A stretch of DNA of 64,000 nucleotides from a virus. This document shows positions 1-8,688 of the stretch, one piece after another. How positions within the stretch are numbered: the stretch's first letter is position 1; each line of letters begins with the position of its first letter. The stretch covers positions 1 to 64,000 of IMG/VR virus record IMGVR_UViG_3300040801_001492. The stretch is one strand, 5' to 3'. The position numbers were made by a program, and so were the translations under genes. Under the pieces are notes generated by a model. The model saw only the letters and a program-made list of their open reading frames with translations, was not told the DNA's origin and searched no databases.

Positions 1-1131
1 CCCCCCTGAACTTACTGATATATCATAATCCTCATTATTATAGGATATGTTGTTTTTAAGTGTTCTTGTTTGTTCGAGGCTATCAGAGCTATCGGTATTC
101 CATAGCTTTATCCCATATGTTGTATATCCAAACCCATCATACCAACCATTGTGGTAAATAGTATTATTGAATATATAGCTGCTATTTGCTGCTGTTTCGT
201 TGTCATTGAAGTTTATTCCAGCATACCTATTATATGCAATAATAGAGTTAGTAATTTTCCTTCTTAATTCTATTGAGGGATCAAGATATACAAAGCCTAT
301 CTTAAACCCGTTACCCATAGCATACAGAGAACCATTATTAAATGACCAGCAACTATCAACCTCTACGTATCCCTGGTCAAAGAAAACAAAGCCGTTATCA
401 GAACAATTCCATGCTCTGCATCCTTTAAAGTATGTACTACTTAATTCATCGTCATCCTCAATAGTCGAAAACCCTGAACCCCTTTCTCCAGGCGTATAAC
501 TATACGGATCAATACAATTATAGGCGTCACAATTTATTACCTGAACATTTCTTGGTGTGCTTAACCGAAACGCTATACCCTGTATATTATATATAACACA
601 TTCCTCAAATATCACATCCTGCCCTCCTGTTAAAAACGCAAAGCACTGCACCGGCGTTCCGCCTATACCTCCCTCAACTTGATTAACATTTCTTATGTGC
701 AGTCCTTTAAACCAACAATAATCAGCAGCAGGCTCTCTTATCCCATAATGACCTGTAACTTCAGGCACAATATTTCCACAGTCTAATATAGGTGTCTGCT
801 CCGGATAAGCCCAATAATGCACATAATTGCCTTCTGTGCCTATTTGTGTTATTTCATAACCTGTTCCACCACTTGACCTGTTGGGATAATACCAGGCACT
901 TTCTCCCTCCTCTAAATCTTTATAATAGATACCGCCCATAAAGTAAATAGTATCACCAGGGTCTATCGCCAAATGATTAAATGCTTTCCCCCATGTAGCC
1001 CATGCACCGGTAGAAGATGAATCTGTACCTGCATTAGAATCGTTACCTCTGGGCGACACATACCACGTATCCTGTCCATAAATGTTTATGCCAAGAGTTA
1101 ATATAAATAATATCACTAAGTATTTTCTCAT
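1..1131 (-). CDS. Secreted right-handed beta-helix protein, PL9 pectate-lyase-like; runs off the window edge and is missing from the ORF track
   Basis: Manual translation from ATG at 1131: MRKYLVILFILTLGINIYG-QDTWYVSPRGNDSNAGT...AWATWGKA...PGDTIYFMGG...CRAWNCSDNGF...GNGFKIG...; open to base 1. The YVSPxGND, PGDTI and GNGFK motifs are typical of PL9/DUF1565 beta-helices. Confidence 0.8.
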   Translation of the reverse strand, partial: MRKYLVILFILTLGINIYGQDTWYVSPRGNDSNAGTDSSSTGAWATWGKAFNHLAIDPGDTIYFMGGIYYKDLEEGESAWYYPNRSSGGTGYEITQIGTEGNYVHYWAYPEQTPILDCGNIVPEVTGHYGIREPAADYCWFKGLHIRNVNQVEGGIGGTPVQCFAFLTGGQDVIFEECVIYNIQGIAFRLSTPRNVQVINCDAYNCIDPYSYTPGERGSGFSTIEDDDELSSTYFKGCRAWNCSDNGFVFFDQGYVEVDSCWSFNNGSLYAMGNGFKIGFVYLDPSIELRRKITNSIIAYNRYAGINFNDNETAANSSYIFNNTIYHNGWYDGFGYTTYGIKLWNTDSSDSLEQTRTLKNNISYNNEDYDISVSSGG

Positions 1132-1132
1132 A

Positions 1133-1894
1133 TTAATAAATTGAAAATTCACTATTTAACCATGTTCTTATTGATGCCTGATCCCCGCTGCTATCAGCAC
1201 CTTCTCTTACTATAACATAGAAATATGCCACATCGGAGTAATAACCAAGTGCCGCCCTGCTACCAAGCCTTATGCCGCTCATGTTCTCTGCCCCCACATC
1301 AAGACCCGTCTCTTCACTATCATTGTCTATCCTAAAGGTACTGGATGCCCCGTTGAACACTGCTGTCATCAAGTGCAACTGATCATAAACCATTGTTGCC
1401 GTTATGCCCGCCGTTGTGCCTGCATTAAGGTAAAGTTCAGTCGAATCTGACGACTGTGCCAAGCGAGGGTCTAAATTAGCATCCGATGAGCTAAAAAAAG
1501 CACCATATTGTTCATGGGTGTGTGCCCTGAGAACAAGATACACCGTAATGGGTTGGTCAAGGGTGTCTATGCCCGAATCATAATATATGTAATTATCAAC
1601 ACCATCAAAAAACACACTATCGCCTGAATGTCTTGGCATGTCTGTTAATGTTGATTGCTCTAAATGCCTATCGTTTCCAGACTTGTCATTCCATTGGTTT
1701 ATTGTGTCATTCGTTTCATAGGTCATATAAGTAGCTATAGCCTCAAATTCTGCATAGGTATTCCCATCATCCATACACGCTGGTCTGCCACTCGAAACAT
1801 AATGAGCCGAATTGACAATAAGCCCACCACTAACTTGCCCAAAGCAAATTATCGGCAGCAATAAAAGTAATATGCCAAAATATAGTTTTTTCAT
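1133..1894 (-). CDS. Signal-peptide protein with LamG/concanavalin-like lectin domain
   Basis: MKK plus hydrophobic stretch, cleavage CFG-Q; WNDKSGNDRHLEQ...VFFDGVDNY pattern of phage LamG-like domains. Confidence 0.65.
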   Translation of the reverse strand: MKKLYFGILLLLLPIICFGQVSGGLIVNSAHYVSSGRPACMDDGNTYAEFEAIATYMTYETNDTINQWNDKSGNDRHLEQSTLTDMPRHSGDSVFFDGVDNYIYYDSGIDTLDQPITVYLVLRAHTHEQYGAFFSSSDANLDPRLAQSSDSTELYLNAGTTAGITATMVYDQLHLMTAVFNGASSTFRIDNDSEETGLDVGAENMSGIRLGSRAALGYYSDVAYFYVIVREGADSSGDQASIRTWLNSEFSIY

Positions 1895-3282
1895 TCTAAG
1901 TGTCCAAATATGTTAATAATTAACTGTCGTGGTTTGGCTGTCGCCTCTTTGATGGTAGCCCAAAACCATTTACCAGCAGCAACAGTCCCATTTGTCATAC
2001 CTGTTGAGGAATCTCCCGAAGTAGTGCTTGTCACCGTAAGGTCACTTGTTAATACCTCAGTAGCCCCTGCATCTCTGTAATTGTCATCATAGTACAGGTT
2101 AATATCAACATCAGGCGAGCTGCCCTGAACAACAGCAGTAACAGAATCAATGACAAGACTGTAACCCCCGCCTATCTGAGTGCCAAATAAAACACTATCT
2201 ACATTGAAAAACAGAGTGTCATTGACATTGTTATATCCTATCGTATAAGAGTACATCGGTCTTACATCATCAATAAGCAGGGGCTCATCTGTTGACCTTG
2301 CTGAATAAGGAACATAAGGATTTAAGGTATCAGCACCATCGTAGAAATAAAGGTTGCTGCTAACATCAGAGGTGATACTGTCAAGCTCAACCATATCGCC
2401 TCCTGTTACCCCTACATTTAGCTTTGCAACGGTTAGGTCTGCTATTGACGTGTTACCCGTATGGCTCTCATTAGATATGTCTGCCTTTGCGTTTATCTGC
2501 GTCTGCACATCTGTACCCGATATTGTCTTTAATAGCTCTGCATCACCCTCGGTAATCACATCATCACCTATTGTTATCTGTGTGGTGAAGGTAGGAGATG
2601 AAAACATTGTAGCTTTACTTTCGTTAGTAACATTATTAAGAGATAGATCAGTCTTTAGCTCTGCTGCAGAGCGTGCAGTAATAGTATTATCTGCGTTAAA
2701 CCTTGGAAAAGTAACTGCCGAAGGATTAGTTAAGGTAAATATATTCTGTCCTATTGTTGTACCACCGAGACTTGTTCGTCCTGTAGCTGCCACTAAACCA
2801 GTAGCACCACCATCCCATTTAAGTCGGTCTGTATATGCAGTATTCCAGTTAGTAGAATTATCTGATACAATGGAATAACTTCCTGCACCTGTACGAGACA
2901 ATAATCCATTCGATCCAAAATCACCGTCTTCTAAATATCCTTGAGTACTGTGGTCTCCCCAACCATAGGCTGTATTCCAGTTAGCTGAGTTATTAGCAAT
3001 AGAAGAACCCCAAGCAGCTCCTGTTGAAAGAGCTATACCTGCATCTGGATATGTCATACTACCGCCACCTCCTGTACCAGCCAGTCTAACACCTTGAGAA
3101 TAGAAATAAATAGTATCATTACTTATTATAGCACTATCTATTTTTTGTATATTACTACCAGATACGGAATCACCTATCTGTATTCCACTGATAGCATTTA
3201 TTCTATATTTAAAAACATTCTGACTGAAAGCAGCAGATGCTATAAATAAAAATCCTATAATTATTAGTATTAATTTCTTCAT
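1891..3282 (-). CDS. Tail-fibre-like protein with N-terminal signal peptide
   Basis: MKKLILIIIGFLFIASAAFS-Q; fibre-type segments NWNTAYGWGDH and LSLNNVTNESKATMFSSPTFT; G/S/T-rich. Confidence 0.6.
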   Translation of the reverse strand: MKKLILIIIGFLFIASAAFSQNVFKYRINAISGIQIGDSVSGSNIQKIDSAIISNDTIYFYSQGVRLAGTGGGGSMTYPDAGIALSTGAAWGSSIANNSANWNTAYGWGDHSTQGYLEDGDFGSNGLLSRTGAGSYSIVSDNSTNWNTAYTDRLKWDGGATGLVAATGRTSLGGTTIGQNIFTLTNPSAVTFPRFNADNTITARSAAELKTDLSLNNVTNESKATMFSSPTFTTQITIGDDVITEGDAELLKTISGTDVQTQINAKADISNESHTGNTSIADLTVAKLNVGVTGGDMVELDSITSDVSSNLYFYDGADTLNPYVPYSARSTDEPLLIDDVRPMYSYTIGYNNVNDTLFFNVDSVLFGTQIGGGYSLVIDSVTAVVQGSSPDVDINLYYDDNYRDAGATEVLTSDLTVTSTTSGDSSTGMTNGTVAAGKWFWATIKEATAKPRQLIINIFGHLE

Positions 3283-3283
3283 A

Positions 3284-3577
3284 TTAACTTGGTTTCTTAA
3301 ATGATGTTAATGTCTCCCAGTCAGTATCTTCGTCACCATCCCAGCCTGTATCTGTTAGTTTAATATCTAAATACAGTGTATTATCAGCAAACCTAAATCT
3401 AAACTCATTATCGCCGTCTACAAACTTAATATTCTTTAGTTCTAACGTATCTTCGTCAGAGAATTTAGTATTTATAAAATCAGCTAAAGCACTAGCCCAT
3501 CCTCTTATGAAAGGCCGACCTGCTGTATAATAATACCTACGAAAAGTTAAGTCTGGAATTATTCTAAATATTCCCAT
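3284..3577 (-). CDS. Small structural protein, paralogous at its N-terminus to 9992..10927
   Basis: Shares the IFxIxPDL...W..A.ADFIN..F.DE..L motif. Confidence 0.55.
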   Translation of the reverse strand: MGIFRIIPDLTFRRYYYTAGRPFIRGWASALADFINTKFSDEDTLELKNIKFVDGDNEFRFRFADNTLYLDIKLTDTGWDGDEDTDWETLTSFKKPS

Positions 3578-3594
3578 GGTTATACTGATTGTTT

Positions 3595-3921
3595 TTAATT
3601 ATCTTGATAACTACCTATAATATGCACATAAATATCACTTTGATCCCCATGTATAGCATATATATCACTAAGTTTATTATGTTCTATTGTTACTTCTTCA
3701 CCAGCAGCTAATACATAACCATCGCTGGCAGTAATAGCAGATGTACCCACAGTAACAGAGGCAGCATTATCTGCATGTGCTTTAATAGTTATCCATCCTG
3801 ATTTATTTACATTATATACTTGTGTAATTGTAGTACCTACAGTTACTGTATCTGCAAAGAAAACAGTTGGATAAGATGTATTTCTAGCTATTCGTTGACT
3901 TGAATCTGGTATATTTCCCAT
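3595..3921 (-). CDS. Small beta-rich virion protein
   Basis: Pattern IKAHADNAASVTVG...GYVLAAGEEVTI...IYAI recalls small phage jelly-roll proteins; lies in the structural block. Confidence 0.5.
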   Translation of the reverse strand: MGNIPDSSQRIARNTSYPTVFFADTVTVGTTITQVYNVNKSGWITIKAHADNAASVTVGTSAITASDGYVLAAGEEVTIEHNKLSDIYAIHGDQSDIYVHIIGSYQDN

Positions 3922-3932
3922 TGTATTATATT

Positions 3933-4085
3933 TTAATGTCTTTTGTCAATAATCTTATCATCTTCATCTTCGGTTACATCAGGTAACTTAGGATCAACTT
4001 TTATACTTTTAAACTTTTTAGTTAAAAGAAACCCTAAAGCTACTAATATACCTACTATTCCTAAAAAAATTAATATATATTTCAT
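3933..4085 (-). CDS. 50-aa single-pass membrane protein (not in ORF track)
   Basis: MKYILIFLGIVGILVALGFLLTKKFKSIKVDPKLPDVTEDEDDKIIDKRH*; fills the gap between co-oriented genes. Confidence 0.7.
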   Translation of the reverse strand: MKYILIFLGIVGILVALGFLLTKKFKSIKVDPKLPDVTEDEDDKIIDKRH

Positions 4086-4096
4086 AATATGTTGTT

Positions 4097-4444
4097 TTAT
4101 TCTACGTGTATTTGTTGTGTTAAGGTAATATCTACTTGTGTGGCTTCGCCAGCATCGTCTGTTATACGTATAGTCATACTTCTAAGTGATCCTGTAGTAT
4201 TATTTTCACGTGCTTCGACTCTAAAAGAATAATCTCCTGTATCACCTGTAGTAGAAAGTATTCCCCAACCTGTACCATCACTAGTATCTACCTTTGCTAT
4301 AGAAGTATCCATATCATCAGGACTTACATCTATAGCACAATAATCGCTATAATCACCGCTATCTCCTCCGAGAAGCAGTTCGTTAGTATCTGTTGATATA
4401 ACAGGTTCTACTTCAGTATTATGTAATAAACTATGATGTATCAT
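4097..4444 (-). CDS. BACON-domain protein
   Basis: C-terminal ENNTTGSLRSMTIRIT...VDITLTQ BACON pattern. Start placed at the TAATG overlap with the upstream stop. Confidence 0.65.
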   Translation of the reverse strand: MIHHSLLHNTEVEPVISTDTNELLLGGDSGDYSDYCAIDVSPDDMDTSIAKVDTSDGTGWGILSTTGDTGDYSFRVEARENNTTGSLRSMTIRITDDAGEATQVDITLTQQIHVE

Positions 4445-7320
4445 TATAAAGGACTTACTGCTGTTGAACGTGTTGACCATAAATATCTTGTTGTTCCGCC
4501 ATCATCCCACCTAAGAACAGTAGCTAGAATTACCGCTGTTGATGTGTAGGCTATAGTTGATGGGTCTGAATTAGCTGGTAATGTGAGTGTACCATTGGTA
4601 TCACTCTTTATTATCAGCACACCACTATCGCCGTCTACCATGTGGGATATACTAAGTGTGCCTGTTGCCTGTGAGGTGGGAGCCCATGTGAAGTTATGTG
4701 AAGTATCAAAATCCCAAGAAGGATTAGCATCATTATCTGTTGTTATCCATGCTACATCACCTTCATCATATACTTCCTTACTGTCTACTGTCATTGTACC
4801 AACAACATTAAAAACTCCACCACTATAAGTTAGGTTACTTTCTCCTTCTACTTCACTAGCACTTGTCCATACAGCTAACTCATTATTAGAAGGACTACCC
4901 GCTACACTAGCATAGCCTGTATGCGTATGTCCTGGATTTGAGCCCGATGTTACATTAGCTCCTGTAACTGTTGTAGCAGCTAACGTACCAGTAATCTGCA
5001 ACGTTGCACCATCCCAGTTAAGTGAACTGGCTCCTTCAACTGCACTACTACTAGTCCAAACAGCAAGATAATTATTTTGTGGTGTTCCGCTTATAGTTGG
5101 TACACCATCTACTGCAAAAGTAATAGTATTACTTGAACGAGATACGCTCATACCAGAACCTTCAGAAAAAACTATTGTTTCTCCATCATTTATAGTAGTA
5201 GCTGCTTCATTATCAGTATCAATATTAAATGATCCCATTGCATTACTGATAGATAGTGGTACTGAAGTTATATTGTCCCAATGTACCTGGCCACCACTAC
5301 CGCTTGTATTAAGTTCAGTTTCTGTATAATATCTGGCATCAAAACCAGTATAAGAAGATAAATTACTTATAGCTGATGTTGTATGTGTATGTCCAGGATT
5401 ACTTCCTGTAGTAACATTAGCACCTGTAACAGTTGTTCCTGCTATAGTACCAGTTACCTGTAAAGTACTACCATCCCAAGTAAGATTAGCATCGCCACCA
5501 ATAGAATCACCGCCTAATGTACTCCAAAAAGCTAATTGGTTCTGTACTGGTGTTCCATCTATGGCAGGCACATCATCTATTGCAAAAGTAAGAATATCCT
5601 GTCCTGCATCTACTCCTGTAGTAGGAGTAATAGTAATATTACTTCCACCTACGAAATCTACATAGTCAGTGCCTGAAGAAGCACCAACAGTTCCTTTATC
5701 TACACCATCAACCTTAAGGTTCCATCCACCATAGTAATCTTTTGTATTAAAAGTAGACCAATCGGCTGATGTCAAATAACCACTCTGTACAGCACTAGCT
5801 GATTGAGTAGCTATAGTATGTTGTCCTGATGTTAAGTGATAATACTGACCAGCACTACCACCTTGCTTAGATGTTGTATCATTGTGTGCTATTACGCTGC
5901 CTATAAATATCCAATTACTACCGTCGAATGTATGCCATCCTACGTCATTAGTAGGAGTAATAGAGTTTTCTTCTACATTAAGAGTATCACCATCGCTAGG
6001 TGTAGTTTCATCCCAAGTACTACCTGTTGAATCCCATTCATATATACGATTAGCTACCATAGCCTGTGCCGTTACTGAACTATTACCAGTAGCAGTATTT
6101 ATATATCTATCTCCATCATCAGGAGCAGCGGGTTCATTAGTAGTAAAATTAATTATATCTGTAACCCCAGTTAACCATGTTATTCCTGATGCCATAGCAC
6201 CATCTACATAACCCTTATCTACTAAAGAACGTGCAGTATAATTACCAGAATAGTCTGCATCATACTGTAATCCTGCGGGTGTACCACTTCCATCTGTAAT
6301 GGTAGTAGCACTTGTAAAGCTTAAATCATTATCTTCTATAGTTAATCCTTCAATAGTTACACCAGCATCGGTTGTTGATTCGGTTATAGTATCTACATAA
6401 AGAGTACCTGATAATTCTGCTGATCCGAATACTTCAAGTGCATATGTGGGAGCACCAATACCAATACCTACCTTACTATCTTTTAATATAGTACCTTCTA
6501 TAGTAACACCAGCATCTGCTGTATATTCAGTAAGGTCATCTATCTTTAAAATATCTCCTGAACGGCCGTCTAATAAAGCATATTGACTATGATCATCATC
6601 CGATAACCCACCTAACTCATCATGATCTAAACTAGCTTCGGCGACTATACTAGCTACTGAGCGTTTGGTTAAAAATCCTGTACCATCATCAATAGCTACT
6701 ACATGAAGCTCTGCATCATCATCAGGTAGTTCAGGCATTGTTACAAATCCAGTAGGATATATAGAGAAAACAATATCTGTTGTATCTGGTTTATAAACGA
6801 CAAATGAATATGTATAAACAGGAGTATTGGTATCTCTAATAGACCAAAAAGCAGATGTACTATAAGTACCTGTTAAGACTCTTTTAGAAGAAATAGTTAT
6901 ATCAGTATCATCTAAAGCACTAATATTTAAACCATTAGTACTTGAATCTAACTCTATAGAAGCATGATCTGTAGTACCATCATTATTAGAAAAAATTATA
7001 CCCGGCGTACCTGAACTATCTTCTATATGTAGATATTTATCTGTAGTATCATAATAAAGATTACTTTGACTATCTATATCACCACCAGTAGCACCTATCA
7101 CCAAAGGTTGCTTACCTGATTCAGTACCCCAAACTACAGGATCAGATGACCAAACAAGATTAGTACCATCATTAGATAAAAAATCACCTATATGACCACT
7201 AAATTCCAACAATGATGCTGGAAAAGTTATAGAGCCAGAATACTCTAAAGGATCATTACCTGAAGGAGCACCTGAGCTACTATAAGTAAATGGACTATCA
7301 TTAATTGAAAAAGCACTCAT
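4444..7320 (-). CDS. Long tail fibre / fibrous virion protein (958 aa)
   Basis: G/S/T/D-rich; internal repeats (GTPxxNxLAxW...LxWDG..LQ.TG, GSNPGHTHT x2, DAGVTIEG x2); HxH motifs. Confidence 0.75.
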   Translation of the reverse strand: MSAFSINDSPFTYSSSGAPSGNDPLEYSGSITFPASLLEFSGHIGDFLSNDGTNLVWSSDPVVWGTESGKQPLVIGATGGDIDSQSNLYYDTTDKYLHIEDSSGTPGIIFSNNDGTTDHASIELDSSTNGLNISALDDTDITISSKRVLTGTYSTSAFWSIRDTNTPVYTYSFVVYKPDTTDIVFSIYPTGFVTMPELPDDDAELHVVAIDDGTGFLTKRSVASIVAEASLDHDELGGLSDDDHSQYALLDGRSGDILKIDDLTEYTADAGVTIEGTILKDSKVGIGIGAPTYALEVFGSAELSGTLYVDTITESTTDAGVTIEGLTIEDNDLSFTSATTITDGSGTPAGLQYDADYSGNYTARSLVDKGYVDGAMASGITWLTGVTDIINFTTNEPAAPDDGDRYINTATGNSSVTAQAMVANRIYEWDSTGSTWDETTPSDGDTLNVEENSITPTNDVGWHTFDGSNWIFIGSVIAHNDTTSKQGGSAGQYYHLTSGQHTIATQSASAVQSGYLTSADWSTFNTKDYYGGWNLKVDGVDKGTVGASSGTDYVDFVGGSNITITPTTGVDAGQDILTFAIDDVPAIDGTPVQNQLAFWSTLGGDSIGGDANLTWDGSTLQVTGTIAGTTVTGANVTTGSNPGHTHTTSAISNLSSYTGFDARYYTETELNTSGSGGQVHWDNITSVPLSISNAMGSFNIDTDNEAATTINDGETIVFSEGSGMSVSRSSNTITFAVDGVPTISGTPQNNYLAVWTSSSAVEGASSLNWDGATLQITGTLAATTVTGANVTSGSNPGHTHTGYASVAGSPSNNELAVWTSASEVEGESNLTYSGGVFNVVGTMTVDSKEVYDEGDVAWITTDNDANPSWDFDTSHNFTWAPTSQATGTLSISHMVDGDSGVLIIKSDTNGTLTLPANSDPSTIAYTSTAVILATVLRWDDGGTTRYLWSTRSTAVSPL

Positions 7321-7574
7321 ACTGTACGATATTTTCTACAACGGTTATATAATATCTGAACCTGCTCATTAATATAATCATAATGGTCATCTTGAAAAAT
7401 CAAAACTCCATACTTTAAAGCATTTAATAAATTAGAAGCATACAGTAATAGGTCTAGATTAGTATTAGAAGAACGTCCTAATTTACAGTCACGTGCTATT
7501 AATAAACCTAAATCTACTAATACTGTCTTAGCCTTAACAACTAATGCATCATAATAATCCTGTGTCCAGACCAT
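7317..7574 (-). CDS. Hypothetical structural-module protein
   Basis: ATGA overlap with the fibre gene; position. Confidence 0.55.
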   Translation of the reverse strand: MVWTQDYYDALVVKAKTVLVDLGLLIARDCKLGRSSNTNLDLLLYASNLLNALKYGVLIFQDDHYDYINEQVQILYNRCRKYRTV

Positions 7575-7580
7575 AATATT

Positions 7581-8171
7581 TTACCATAAATCGGTTAAAC
7601 TTCTAGCACTATAGAAACCATTTATAGTCTCTACTATCTCTTCAAAATCAGTATACCTACTAAGCTCAGCTGCCCTAACAGCAGCATCTAACATGGCTAT
7701 AATAAGAAACTGTAACCTACTTTCGTGATAATCTAAATCATCTACATCGAGCTCAAAAGGAAGCTGTGCTGCTTTACAGTATGCTTCAGCAAGAAAACCT
7801 TCCGTTTCAGTATCAGTCATACTGCCTTCAGTATCGTGTTCTACATCTAGTTTTATTGTATAATATCCATCAGGAAAGTAATCAGCATCTAGAGAAGCTC
7901 CGGTACCATCTAAGAGGTCTTCGGGGTTAACATCATAATATGAATTTATTGAATCCCCGAATAAATTTACAGAAGTAGCTCCTAAACTGATTAAATTAAT
8001 ACCTCCTACTGAATCATATAATTCTAATGTATAATCTGTACTATCATATGTAACTGTTAAATCAACTGAAGTAATATCTGCATCACTAAAACCTACCCAG
8101 TCGGTATTATCAGATAACTTAAATTTTGTTGCGTTTGTATATTCTTCTATTGCAATAGCTAATGTTGCCAT
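7581..8171 (-). CDS. Putative tail/fibre attachment protein
   Basis: Ig-like segment FPDGYYTIKL plus helical C-terminus; position upstream of the fibre gene as in crAss-like phages (inference). Confidence 0.45.
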   Translation of the reverse strand: MATLAIAIEEYTNATKFKLSDNTDWVGFSDADITSVDLTVTYDSTDYTLELYDSVGGINLISLGATSVNLFGDSINSYYDVNPEDLLDGTGASLDADYFPDGYYTIKLDVEHDTEGSMTDTETEGFLAEAYCKAAQLPFELDVDDLDYHESRLQFLIIAMLDAAVRAAELSRYTDFEEIVETINGFYSARSLTDLW

Positions 8172-8182
8172 TCTTTATTTTT

Positions 8183-8632
8183 TTAATTGAAATAATCTAA
8201 AAAACCATATTTTTTCCTTAACTTCCTATAACCAAGTAATCTATTCTTAGGATAACGCTTTATACAAACAGAAGAATCTTGATTGCCACCCAAAATATAA
8301 ATATATCTATCATCATGATTGATATAGAAACCTACATGTCCTTTCCACGATACTTTGCTCTCTCTCCAAAGAACAACAATACAACCTAATTCAGGTTCAT
8401 CTAGTTCAACACCTACATCAAGCCATGAACGTGCTGTTAATTTACCAGAACGCTCGTAATAATTTCTTTTACATAAGTAATTAATGAAAGCTGAGCACCA
8501 AGCAGTCTCATCTGTCTGTACCCAATTTTCGCCTATTTCTTCAAAAAAATCTAATATTTGTGGATTATGTTGCTCTCCAGTTATCTCTTCTAACCCATAA
8601 TACTGAAAAGCTTCATGAAGCAAATCAATCAT
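8183..8632 (-). CDS. TIGR02594-family CHAP/NlpC-P60-like peptidoglycan hydrolase (endolysin candidate)
   Basis: DETAWCSAF, ARSW, GHVGF and LGGNQ motifs. Confidence 0.88.
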   Translation of the reverse strand: MIDLLHEAFQYYGLEEITGEQHNPQILDFFEEIGENWVQTDETAWCSAFINYLCKRNYYERSGKLTARSWLDVGVELDEPELGCIVVLWRESKVSWKGHVGFYINHDDRYIYILGGNQDSSVCIKRYPKNRLLGYRKLRKKYGFLDYFN

Positions 8633-8645
8633 ATAAGATATAATA

Positions 8646-8674
8646 AAGTGTAGGGGTGGTATTCCCCTACACTT
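8646..8674 (-). terminator. Intrinsic terminator after the auxiliary capsid gene
   Basis: AAGTGTAGGGG-N7-CCCCTACACTT inverted repeat followed by TATTAT on the minus strand. Confidence 0.75.
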
Positions 8675-8688
8675 AAATTATTTTTATC

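Noticed and set aside
4444-7320. Diversity-generating retroelement TR/VR pair in the fibre repeats
   Set aside because: The repeats are in-frame protein duplications with synonymous divergence, not adenine-specific changes, and there is no reverse transcriptase in the window.
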